Of a stretch of 64,000 nt of DNA, positions 1 to 9,600 are shown one piece after another. Position 1 is the stretch's first letter. Each line of letters starts with the position of its first letter. The notes beneath the pieces were generated by a model. That model was not told where the DNA came from, did not search any database, and saw only the letters and a program-made list of their open reading frames with translations. The stretch covers positions 5,674 through 69,673 of the IMG/VR virus record IMGVR_UViG_3300007513_000028; one strand, given 5' to 3'. The position numbers were made by a program, and so were the translations under genes. The stretch comes from a virus.

Positions 1-1
1 T

Positions 2-1084
2 ACTGCGGGTGCCTTGGATGTTGCCGGGGATTTGCTTTCTGGGGAAATTCCTGATATTCCTGACCTACCATCCCTAGATGATATTGGTGCAAAATTAAAT
101 CTTGATGCCCTGAAAGATTTGATTCCTGATCTTGATAAAATTGAGTTGCCGACGCCTGACTTTAGTATGTTAGAAAATGCATGGGATGACATTTCTGGTG
201 CAGTCTCTGATACCTGGGGTGAAATTTCGGCTCTTCCTGGGAAACTTGCAGATGCCATACGAGATGAAGAACCGCCCGAGGCAGATGCAGCAATGCCCGC
301 CGCCGAAGGCGAATCAGAAGAGACTTCTCCGGTGACAGAAGGAACTCGGTCAACTGTAGGTGATATTATTCTATATATTCCTTTTGGCATTTCAGAAACA
401 TATCAGGCAAATTGGAGCGGTGGAAATCTTGGAATTTATGGTGCAATTGATACAAAGGGAATTGATACTGCTCTTAGTAAATTGGGTTCTGCCGTGTTGA
501 ATAAAAATTCTGAGGCGATTCGCGATGCAGTAAGTTCTGGGTATGATGCTCTCCAGGCAGCCGCAGATAACGCTGGAGCCAATAAGTCGGGATTCACCGC
601 AGAATTTTTGGGAAGAGGCCTCGGCGCGGCGCTTCAGAATGATGCGATTGTAAAACATAAACTAAAATTAGAATCTGGCGGAGGGGGAGAGCGAGGCCTT
701 TCTGTAAATCCACATTTTGATTTATTCTTTGATGGGGTCAATAATCGAACATTTACTTTTGATTTTAAAATGGCTCCAAAAAATGCAACAGAGGCTGCTA
801 ATATTGCGAGTATTGTGCGAATGTTTAAGACTCATGCAGCCCCCGGTGAAAATGCAGGAATGACTCGTTATTGGACATATCCTCATGTATTCCAAATTGA
901 ATATTGGAATCTTGAAAATACTCATAGAATTAAAGATTGTGCCCTGGTCAATATTAATGTCAACTATAGCGGAATTGGGGATAATCACACCTTCTATGAT
1001 GGTTATCCAATTCAGACTGACATATCTTTGACCTTTGCCGAAATGTCACTACTCACAAGAGAAGATTTTGAACAAGGATTCTAA
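2..1084 (+). CDS. gp48: Baseplate tail-tube cap, gp48-like (5' end probably outside the window)
   Basis: C-terminal motifs NPHFDLFFDGVNNRTFTFDFKMAPKN..EA and YPHVFQIEY..KDCALVNINVNYS..ISLTFAE match gp48. It lies directly upstream of gp53, and the frame is open to the window edge. Confidence 0.85.
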   Translation, partial: TAGALDVAGDLLSGEIPDIPDLPSLDDIGAKLNLDALKDLIPDLDKIELPTPDFSMLENAWDDISGAVSDTWGEISALPGKLADAIRDEEPPEADAAMPAAEGESEETSPVTEGTRSTVGDIILYIPFGISETYQANWSGGNLGIYGAIDTKGIDTALSKLGSAVLNKNSEAIRDAVSSGYDALQAAADNAGANKSGFTAEFLGRGLGAALQNDAIVKHKLKLESGGGGERGLSVNPHFDLFFDGVNNRTFTFDFKMAPKNATEAANIASIVRMFKTHAAPGENAGMTRYWTYPHVFQIEYWNLENTHRIKDCALVNINVNYSGIGDNHTFYDGYPIQTDISLTFAEMSLLTREDFEQGF

Positions 1085-1089
1085 TATAG

Positions 1090-1737
1090 ATGGCAGATGG
1101 TAAATATTTTAAATACTTTCCGACAGTTCCTTATGATACCTTTGATGGCTCAGGCCAGTACAGGGTGGTCACGGATATATTCAAACGGGTTCGAGCAACC
1201 CTCGGAGCCAGAACTGACAAAACAATATATTACAATTATCAGGTAAGAGACAAAGAGCGCCCGGAGCATTTGGCATACAAGTATTATGGCGACGTTCGGT
1301 ATCATTGGGTAATTCTTTTGATGAATGAAATTCGCGACCCTCAATGGTGTTGGCCTCTGGACATGAATACTTTTGACAAGTATATCATAGAAAAATATGG
1401 AAGTGCCGAGGTTGCACGGGCGCAGCATTCTCATTATGAAACAAAAGAAATACTCGCCCCGGCGACCGACGATAATTATACGGTCGGAGATGTTATTCTT
1501 CCGGCGGGCCAGATTATTCATAATGGGGATGACTTTACATATACATATGCGCCAACAATAAACGGAGTCCTTCAAGCAGAAAGGTCGTGGGCAGCAATTG
1601 ATACCAACAAAAATGTTTCTGCCTATGACAAAGAATTACAAGACAATGAAGATAAAAGAAAAATAATTTTCCTTAGACGAAACCTGCTTCCAGAATTTGT
1701 GAGTGAATTTGAAAGCCTGGTTGTGAAGAAGAGATAG
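1090..1737 (+). CDS. gp53: Baseplate wedge protein gp53 (LysM-like)
   Basis: YFKYFP, ERPEHLAYKYYGD..YHWVILLMNEI.DP..WPL and SAYDKE..NEDKRKI are typical gp53 motifs. Confidence 0.92.
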   Translation: MADGKYFKYFPTVPYDTFDGSGQYRVVTDIFKRVRATLGARTDKTIYYNYQVRDKERPEHLAYKYYGDVRYHWVILLMNEIRDPQWCWPLDMNTFDKYIIEKYGSAEVARAQHSHYETKEILAPATDDNYTVGDVILPAGQIIHNGDDFTYTYAPTINGVLQAERSWAAIDTNKNVSAYDKELQDNEDKRKIIFLRRNLLPEFVSEFESLVVKKR

Positions 1738-1740
1738 CGA

Positions 1741-3054
1741 ATGTTGGATGACCCAAAATATCAAGGAGCGGGCGATGTTATCGTTTCGCAATGTAATGTC
1801 ATTTCAACAAATGGAAAACACTTGACGGAGTTTGGACCCAAAGCCTGGAATACAATAATTTTGACAGAAAGTATGGGATTAACCGGAGATGATCCTCAAA
1901 TTATTTCTGGAGAAATAAAAATTCTTGATGCAGTTAATATATACAATGAAATGAGATTTCATGGTGATGAAATTGTTATTTTGCATTTTAATACTCCCCA
2001 AAAAAAGGAAATTGTTTTTATAGGACGAGTATATGATATTGATTTGGCTTCTTTTGAGTCCAGAAGATTAATTACCTTAAAATTTTGTTCTGGAGAAAAA
2101 ATAACTTCAGATTCGACTAGAATTCATAAAACATATAGAAACGTAAATATAAAAACAATAGTAAACGATCTTTATGCTCCTTTGTTGGCAGTATCCGATA
2201 AAAAAATTGTAATTTCAGATACAAAAAATGATTGTAGTGTGAGTTTTGCAAATAAATCGCCAATTGAGGCTTTAAATATGATAGCAAAAGTCGCAAGACC
2301 ATCCAAGTACAAAGGATCTAGTTATATTTTTTATGAACATCTTGATGGATATTTTCAATTTATGCCACTTGAACATATTGTAAATCCAGCCGAACGAGAG
2401 CCTGTGATGATTTATAACTATGATACGCCAAAACCCGGAGCAACTGCCAAGGATTTATCCTCAATGGCCAGAATTCGGAAGTTTCGTGTTCTGGAGTTAC
2501 CAAATATGATTAATAATATTAAATCTGGATTATATGCATCAACTGTTGTTACGAACGACTTATTGAAACGCCAACATACTGTAAATGTATTTGATTATGA
2601 AGATTCATACAATGATTATAAGCATGTGAATTTTAATGAAGTTTCTGGAAACAAAACACTACTTACAAATAGTAAAATTTTGAGTAAACGGCGTGCGAGT
2701 CATTATCGGTTTGTTCCTACTAATTTTAAATCATTTGATACAGATCGAAATTTTACAGACGAGCGAGCCGACACAGTTTTAGAAAGGGTTTCTCAGCTTA
2801 ACCAAATAAATCAGATTAAATTAGAAGTTTCGGTTTCGGGTGATAGTCAACGTCGAGTTGGAGAAATTATTGAAATAAATGTTCCAGCCATAGAGGTAAA
2901 GACAGGAGCAGATGCTGCAAGAATAGATACAAATTTTTCAGGAAGATATTTGGTTTCTAAAATAAAACATATTATATTTAACGGGCAATATACAACAATA
3001 ATGGAATTGTCGAGAGATTCGTGGCCAGTTCCTCTTCCAGAAAGGGTAATTTAA
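1741..3054 (+). CDS. Putative baseplate hub protein (gp27/Mu gp44-like fold)
   Basis: Lies between gp53 and gp5. C-terminal GDS.RRVG..I.I..P...FSGRYLVSKIKH...YTTIMELSRDS pattern resembles hub proteins. Confidence 0.65.
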   Translation: MLDDPKYQGAGDVIVSQCNVISTNGKHLTEFGPKAWNTIILTESMGLTGDDPQIISGEIKILDAVNIYNEMRFHGDEIVILHFNTPQKKEIVFIGRVYDIDLASFESRRLITLKFCSGEKITSDSTRIHKTYRNVNIKTIVNDLYAPLLAVSDKKIVISDTKNDCSVSFANKSPIEALNMIAKVARPSKYKGSSYIFYEHLDGYFQFMPLEHIVNPAEREPVMIYNYDTPKPGATAKDLSSMARIRKFRVLELPNMINNIKSGLYASTVVTNDLLKRQHTVNVFDYEDSYNDYKHVNFNEVSGNKTLLTNSKILSKRRASHYRFVPTNFKSFDTDRNFTDERADTVLERVSQLNQINQIKLEVSVSGDSQRRVGEIIEINVPAIEVKTGADAARIDTNFSGRYLVSKIKHIIFNGQYTTIMELSRDSWPVPLPERVI

Positions 3055-3057
3055 GTT

Positions 3058-4359
3058 ATGCAACAACAAGATGTCCTTGGAATCGGGCAGACAGGAAATT
3101 TTCATTGGTGGGAAGGCGTGGTCGAAGATAATCTCGATCCTCTCGGCGCTGGCCGATGCAAGGTTCGGATTCTTGGTCACAATTCTCCGGCAAAAGAGGA
3201 TACGCCAACAGCAGAATTGCCTTGGGCGTATCCTGTCATGCCCCTGAACAGTACACATGGAAAGATTGTTGCACTAAAGCCAGGAACCCGTGTTTTTGGA
3301 TTCTTTCGCGATGGTCTGGATCGCCAGCAGCCCGTAATGTTGGGAACAATTAATATTGGTTTTGAGAATGCAGGAAAAATGGAAAATTATATTGAAGATA
3401 CTCCTTCCCCCACGTTCGATGTTGGCGGAAATGATGTTCCAATTATTATAGGAAAGCCTGCTCCGAGGATGGGGGATTATGGATTTTTTGATGATCGCGA
3501 AGGTTCGGGTGGAGTAATAGACGGCCAACCAAGAAAATCTAAAGTTATTCCAGATGCAGATAAGCGCGGAGTGTTGAACCAAGAAGATGTCACGGATTAT
3601 TATCCATTAAAACCAAATGAAATTAATACTCCAAGACTGGCCAGAGGAATTATAGAAGGAACGATTCCTGCTGCACATGCACATGGCGGCGCACAAACCC
3701 TTGTCACAAAGGTCAAGAGATTAAGTGATAATATAACTGCCGATACGGTTGTGGAACCGAAGACAAAATTTGGCGCACAGTATCCGTTTAATACTGTAGA
3801 AGAATCAGACAGCGGGCATCTTCGCGAAGTCGATGATACCCCTGGAGCAGAGCGCCTTAAAGAAACCCATCGTACCGGAACGTTCTATGAAATTCATCCA
3901 GACGGAACAAAAGTTACAAAGGTGGTCGGAGATAATTTCTCGGTCACGATTGGCGACGATGCCGTAAAGGTTGAAGGTTCCTGTGCAGTTCATATTGTAG
4001 GCGAAGCCGATATTTATTGCGAAAAGGATATTCGAGTAAGGACTGAAAAGACAGCCGACATTATGGTGGTAGAATCTGCGGACGTTTCTGTTGGAACGCA
4101 TTTGACGGCCGCCGTCGGCCAAGATATGAGCGCAACGTGTGGAGGCACGGCAAAGGTTACTGCTGTAGGAGATGCACTAATAAAGGGGTTCGGTAATGTT
4201 GATGTTGCCGCAGAAAAAGATATATATCTTGCTGCCGGAGGGTCTATGACATTTAAAGATTCTTCTGTCGAAGATGCGGTCGCAAACGTAGACGAAATTA
4301 TCAAAGATATTGTGGATGGCCGAGGCAACTTGAGAAAACGAGTGGATGCGAACGCCTAA
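3058..4359 (+). CDS. gp5: Baseplate central spike gp5-like (OB fold + beta-helix, no lysozyme domain recognised)
   Basis: WWEGVVEDNLDPLGAGRCKVRILG, LPWAYP, YPFNTVEESDSGH..EVDDTPGAER..HRTGTFYEIHPDG, followed by beta-helix-like repeats. Confidence 0.92.
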   Translation: MQQQDVLGIGQTGNFHWWEGVVEDNLDPLGAGRCKVRILGHNSPAKEDTPTAELPWAYPVMPLNSTHGKIVALKPGTRVFGFFRDGLDRQQPVMLGTINIGFENAGKMENYIEDTPSPTFDVGGNDVPIIIGKPAPRMGDYGFFDDREGSGGVIDGQPRKSKVIPDADKRGVLNQEDVTDYYPLKPNEINTPRLARGIIEGTIPAAHAHGGAQTLVTKVKRLSDNITADTVVEPKTKFGAQYPFNTVEESDSGHLREVDDTPGAERLKETHRTGTFYEIHPDGTKVTKVVGDNFSVTIGDDAVKVEGSCAVHIVGEADIYCEKDIRVRTEKTADIMVVESADVSVGTHLTAAVGQDMSATCGGTAKVTAVGDALIKGFGNVDVAAEKDIYLAAGGSMTFKDSSVEDAVANVDEIIKDIVDGRGNLRKRVDANA

Positions 4360-4362
4360 ATA
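4355..4362 (+). promoter_or_regulatory. Possible T4-type late promoter variant (CCTAAATA) upstream of gp25
   Basis: TAAATA core overlaps the gp5 stop, about 20 nt before the gp25 start. The same variant occurs before gp3. Confidence 0.5.
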
Positions 4363-4382
4363 CATAAAGGGAGGACTGTAAA

Positions 4383-4772
4383 TTGCCAGTAGCCAAAAAA
4401 TGGGCAGATTTTGATTTGGATTTTACTGCACACCCCAATACAGGGGAACTCAGCATGAAATATGATGCCGATGCAATTATCAAATCTGTAAGAAATCTAA
4501 TATTGACAAACCATTATGAGCGGGCATTTCATCCCGAACTCGGCTCTAATCTTATGAAGCAATTGTTTGAGCCGATGACATTTGCAACGGCATTGAGAAT
4601 CAAGGGTGCCATTGCAGAAACCCTAAATAATTTTGAACCAAGAGTGACTGTGAATGAACTCCAAGTTGAAGCAAGAGAAGAAGAAAATGGATACATAGTA
4701 TATCTCAGATTTTTTATCATCAACGAAGAAACGGAAAGAGTTTCAAAATTCTTTTTGGAGAGAAATAGATAA
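4383..4772 (+). CDS. gp25: Baseplate wedge gp25 (TTG start)
   Basis: D.DLDF..HP..G, AII.SVRNLILT..YER.FHPELGS and FEPRV motifs; GGAGG Shine-Dalgarno upstream of TTG. Confidence 0.93.
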   Translation: MPVAKKWADFDLDFTAHPNTGELSMKYDADAIIKSVRNLILTNHYERAFHPELGSNLMKQLFEPMTFATALRIKGAIAETLNNFEPRVTVNELQVEAREEENGYIVYLRFFIINEETERVSKFFLERNR

Positions 4773-4774
4773 AA

Positions 4775-6649
4775 ATGGCCACCTCTTATACTACCACCTC
4801 AAATAAACTAAAGATTACAGAACTTGATTTTGATTCAATCAAGTCGGCATTAAAAACATATCTGAAGGGTCAGACCGAATTTGAAGGATATGATTTTGAT
4901 GGTTCTGCCATGAGTATTCTTCTTGATATTCTTGCATACAATACGCATTATAATGGATTCTATACGAACATGCTCGCAAGTGAAATGTTCATGGATAGTG
5001 CCTCTCTGCGGTCTTCTGTAGTTTCGCTCGCCAAGCATCTTGGATATACTCCGGCTTCAAAAAAAGGATCTTCTGTCGAAATTGATGTAACCTTTCAGGG
5101 AACGGGGTCGAGTATTTTAATTCCAAAGGGTGCCAAGTTTACATCTAAAATTGGAACAAACATATATACCTATCTTGCAACAGAGTCTCGCGTTGCCAAG
5201 TTAGATTCTTCTACTCTGACATATGTTGCAAAGAATGTCAAGATTAAAGAAGGAATTGCATTTTCGTCCACACAGACTGTGGTTGGAACGACAACAAACG
5301 AAACATTTGAAATTCCAAATGAAGAAGTTGACCTTGACACGCTTACTGTTGCCGTTGGTGGAGACATCTATACCAAGGCAGATGATTTTACCGAAATGAC
5401 ATCGACAACCAAAGCCTATTTTATTCAAGAAGGAAATCATAACAAATATGAAATTTATTTTGGGGATGGTGTAATTGGAAATAAACCAACTGCCGGAGAT
5501 CTGGTTCAACTGGAATATAATGTTTCGGTCTTGGGCAGCGAGGGAAATGGTGCAAAAACATTTGTTTTGGCCGAGCCACTCATCGGAGCAACGTCGGCTA
5601 CTGTTGCCCTGTCTCCTCTGTATACACGATCATCGGGAGGTTCCGAGCGCGAAGAGACTTCCACGATTCGGATTCAGGCTCCAAGGCAATATTCGCTTCA
5701 GAAGAGAGTTGTTACCGGAAATGATTATAAGACAAGATTAGAAAATGATTATAATATTGTAGAGTCAGTAAAGGTGTGGGGAGGAGAAGACAATAATCCT
5801 CCGGCATATGGTCGAGTTTTTATCTCCATCAAGCCAAAGGCAGGATATGTTCTTTCTCGGGCCGAGGCTCATCGGGTGGAGCAAGATATTCTTCAAAAAC
5901 GAAATGTGGTGACAGTAAAACCAAAATTTGTTGATCCCGACTATCTTTGGATTATTCCTGATATTCTTGTTGCATATGATCCGAGAAAGTCGGCAAGGAC
6001 TGCCGATCAGTTGAAGGCATTGGTGTCGGCATCAATCCTTAAATACACATCAGATAATTTAAATAAATTTGATAATTATTTTAGATTTTCGGTATTATCA
6101 AGAGCAATTGATGACACCGAAGAAAGTATTTTAAATAATAATATGAGAATTGCAATCAAGAAACGCATCAAGCCCATCATGCGTGTTCAGGGTTCCTATC
6201 GAGTTCATTTTGATAATCCATTGTACAGGCCATATGCAAGAAATCAGCCCGTAATTCAATCTTCCTTGTTTACCTATTTGGGACATAAAAATTGTATGAT
6301 TATTGATGTGGATGGGATTTTAAAAATTGTTCAGACGGGTGGGGGAACTTCTATTGCTGGATTTAATAGTCCCGAGAAAGCGCGTACAGATTATGGGACA
6401 CCAATTGATTCTAATATTGGGTCTGTTGATTATAATTCGGGGGAGATGCTTGTTGGTCCGCTCAGAGCTACGACAATTGCAGATGGTTCTGAATATATTT
6501 ATTTTTCAGCAAAACCAAGAATTGATGATATAATGGCAAGAGAGAATACTATTGTTACCATTGACAGTTCTGATATTACAGTAAATTGTATTGATGATAC
6601 AGATAGAAATCGCCCTTCTATATTAGAAGATAGCGGTCATGGGTATTAA
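4775..6649 (+). CDS. gp6: Baseplate wedge gp6
   Basis: ELDFDSIK..LK.YL, YDFDGSAMSILLDILAYNTHYN, YFGDGVIG and WGGEDNNPPAYGRVFISIKP motifs. Confidence 0.95.
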   Translation: MATSYTTTSNKLKITELDFDSIKSALKTYLKGQTEFEGYDFDGSAMSILLDILAYNTHYNGFYTNMLASEMFMDSASLRSSVVSLAKHLGYTPASKKGSSVEIDVTFQGTGSSILIPKGAKFTSKIGTNIYTYLATESRVAKLDSSTLTYVAKNVKIKEGIAFSSTQTVVGTTTNETFEIPNEEVDLDTLTVAVGGDIYTKADDFTEMTSTTKAYFIQEGNHNKYEIYFGDGVIGNKPTAGDLVQLEYNVSVLGSEGNGAKTFVLAEPLIGATSATVALSPLYTRSSGGSEREETSTIRIQAPRQYSLQKRVVTGNDYKTRLENDYNIVESVKVWGGEDNNPPAYGRVFISIKPKAGYVLSRAEAHRVEQDILQKRNVVTVKPKFVDPDYLWIIPDILVAYDPRKSARTADQLKALVSASILKYTSDNLNKFDNYFRFSVLSRAIDDTEESILNNNMRIAIKKRIKPIMRVQGSYRVHFDNPLYRPYARNQPVIQSSLFTYLGHKNCMIIDVDGILKIVQTGGGTSIAGFNSPEKARTDYGTPIDSNIGSVDYNSGEMLVGPLRATTIADGSEYIYFSAKPRIDDIMARENTIVTIDSSDITVNCIDDTDRNRPSILEDSGHGY

Positions 6650-6673
6650 TAATAAAAGGGAACTGTATACATT

Positions 6674-9600
6674 ATGGCAGCAATAATTAAAACTGCAAAT
6701 ACGCATCAGACTTCTCTTTTGGTGTCAGAACAGATCCCGGATTTTATTCGGGGAGATCATCCTAAATTTGTTACATTTATTGAAAAATATTATGAGTTTC
6801 TTGCTCAGGCTAATTCTGGAATTGCGACTTCGGACGGCCTTTCTCATTATTATGGCGCAGATCATGCAACAAAGGTTATTACCGATATTAATGATATTGA
6901 TACAACAGATCTTGATAAGTTTATTGGGTCTTTTCAAAAACAATATGGCCACGGTCTTCCCCAACAGGTGGCAGATGCAGCCGACCGAAGACTTTTATAT
7001 AAGAATCTAGTTGATTTTTATCGTGCAGTAGGAACAGAAGATTCCTTTAAGATGCTCTTTCGCCTTTTGTTTAATGATGAAATTGAACTCTATTATCCGT
7101 TTCAGGATGTTTTGATTGCCAGCGGAGGAAATTATACAAAAGAATCTAGGATTAGGGTTAATTATGTTGAAAATCTGAATGACATTGAGAATACGAGGAT
7201 TGTTGGGGCCACTTCGGGCGCATACGGAACTGTAGAACGGGTCCAAGTTCTTCCAGGGGGAAGTGACTCGTTTATTACAGGAAGAATTGGAAACACATCT
7301 ACTTCATATACTTCTGGAGTGTCAAATACTGAAATTTATGACCCGATGAAATATCTTGAACATGGAAGTTCTACAGCCCACATATACATGACAGATCAAT
7401 CTGGAAATTTTGATTTCTTTGAAGATATTTATGTGGATGATGTCAATTCGACAGTTTCAAATACAATAGTGTTGCCCATGACAAAAAGTATGTTGGTTTT
7501 TGAGGATTTTCAGTATGGATCTACAAATAATGTTATTTCTATGTATGATGGGCTGGTTCATCAGCGGGCAAATAGCACAAACCCTCCGTGGGGGTCTGCA
7601 AATATTGATTATAGCAATACCGGAATATGGCATACCACCGGAGACGGCACCGGGGAAATTAAATTAGTCTCCAATGTCTATGGCTCATATGGTGGGGTTG
7701 TATTAGAAATTGGAAACAATAGTACGCTCGCTTCTGCGACTGGCGATCAAAGACATATTGTATTTGCAAAGAATGTGGGAATTGGTGGTGAGGATCGTCT
7801 TTATCGAATGTCCATTCGTGCCAGGGATTTGGGTGGAAATTCTGCCGTATCTGTTGCCGAAGGAAATCGCTTTTCGGCCGGAGTTTCTTGCGTTCGTCAT
7901 GACCTCAGAAAGTTGAGTGCAGACAATTACAAAGATCAATGGGAAGATCCACTTTGGTTGGTTTCTCATAAGCAGGCAATTGATGATGAGTTTTTTGTAT
8001 ATACGGCATATTTCAAGGGAAGAGAAACAAGAAGAAATGTTGGAGGTTCTCCCTATTCTGCAAAGAATTATGGCAATGGCGGCCGAAGGGATTTGACGAG
8101 CGGAACCCGATATTATAATTCTGCCCAGAAGGCAGTAGATCGAGAAGTGCTTCTTCCGTTTAATACCACTTTCATCAAACCAACCTTCAAGGTAAATGAG
8201 CCCGGAGATGGTGCAACATATTCACAGGGAATCACACAGATTGATTTTATTTCTCTTGAAGAACTTACTCCCATGCAGACTCAATTGGGTATGCATAGCG
8301 GAAGTTATAGTGACGAGCGGAGTCTTCTTTCGACAACAGGGGCACATATACAGGATGGCCATTATTGGCAAATCTATGCATATGATATTCGTTCCAAACA
8401 ACAAATAAAAGACTATGCAACGGTCGTCCGCGAGGCAGTTCATCCAGCCGGAATGAAGATGTTCGGCACGACAATTTCAGAGAGTTCTCGAAGAATGAGT
8501 GACATGATTGATGTGAAGCCTGGGAAGATTACACAACTTACAGACAATTCGTTACTCATCGACCAATACCCTGCATGGTCCCCCGATGGCACCCAGATTG
8601 CTTTCTCCCGCTATACCAATCCCGCCCTGACCCTCTATGAAATTTTTAAGATGGATGTCGATGGAACTAATGTTCGGAGCCTCATGCCAGGGTGGGGGTC
8701 CGGCTTGTACCCTGCATGGTCCCCCGATGGCACCAAGATTGCCTTTGAGTCAAAAATACATAGCTGGCTGTGGGGGGATGCTGATGCGTATGCTCCTGTT
8801 GGTTCATATCAAAATGAGATTTATGTGATGGATGCGGGCGGAGTTGTTGATACCGACGAATTTCCGTTTCACACGGCAGCGTCTTTAACAAGACTCACAC
8901 ATGATGCTCAGTCGGTGACTCCCCTGCGGGCTGATGCGCCCATCGCCGACCTTCCAAGAAAGCGGCAGCCCGCATGGTCCCCCGATGGCACCAAGATTGC
9001 CTTTGTCGCAAACACAGCCATCGCCGAGGGCGAATTCAGGGACCAAATCTATGTGATAAACGCAGATGGAACAAACCAGACGAGACTCACGAATAGTGCT
9101 ACGGGTGATCGCGGTCCTTCATGGTCCCCTGACGGCACCAAGATTGGCTTTTACTCCTACCCGCATCCGAATGATGCTGGGTCTGGTAATTACAATAAAA
9201 TCTTTGTGATGAATGCAGATGGGACGAATCGGACGAAAATCCCAAATCATTCTCCTTCTATCCACCCCCCCGGTGTCATGAATGATTACTATCCACGGTG
9301 GTCCCCCGATGGCACCAAGGTTGCCATTCAATCATGGAATATGGCTCATGCCGATTCGGCCCCGCCCAATCACAATTTTGATATTAAAGTGATGAACGAA
9401 GATGGAAGTAATCCGATATGGCTGACGAGTAATGTTGCGGTTGATCGGGGCCCCGCATGGTCCCCTGATGGCACCCAGATTGCCTTTTCCTCTTCCAGAG
9501 GCGTCGGTAATTTTGGAAACACTGACATCTATGTAATTGACGTAAAAGAACGTTCCAACACAAACCTCCTCGACACCTTCTCCCCGGAATCTCTGGATTC

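Noticed and set aside
8571-9490. About 30-bp direct repeats with unique intervening sequence, resembling a CRISPR array
   Set aside because: The repeats are in frame, encode WSPDGT propeller blades and have long, uneven spacing (about 140-260 nt); no cas genes are present.
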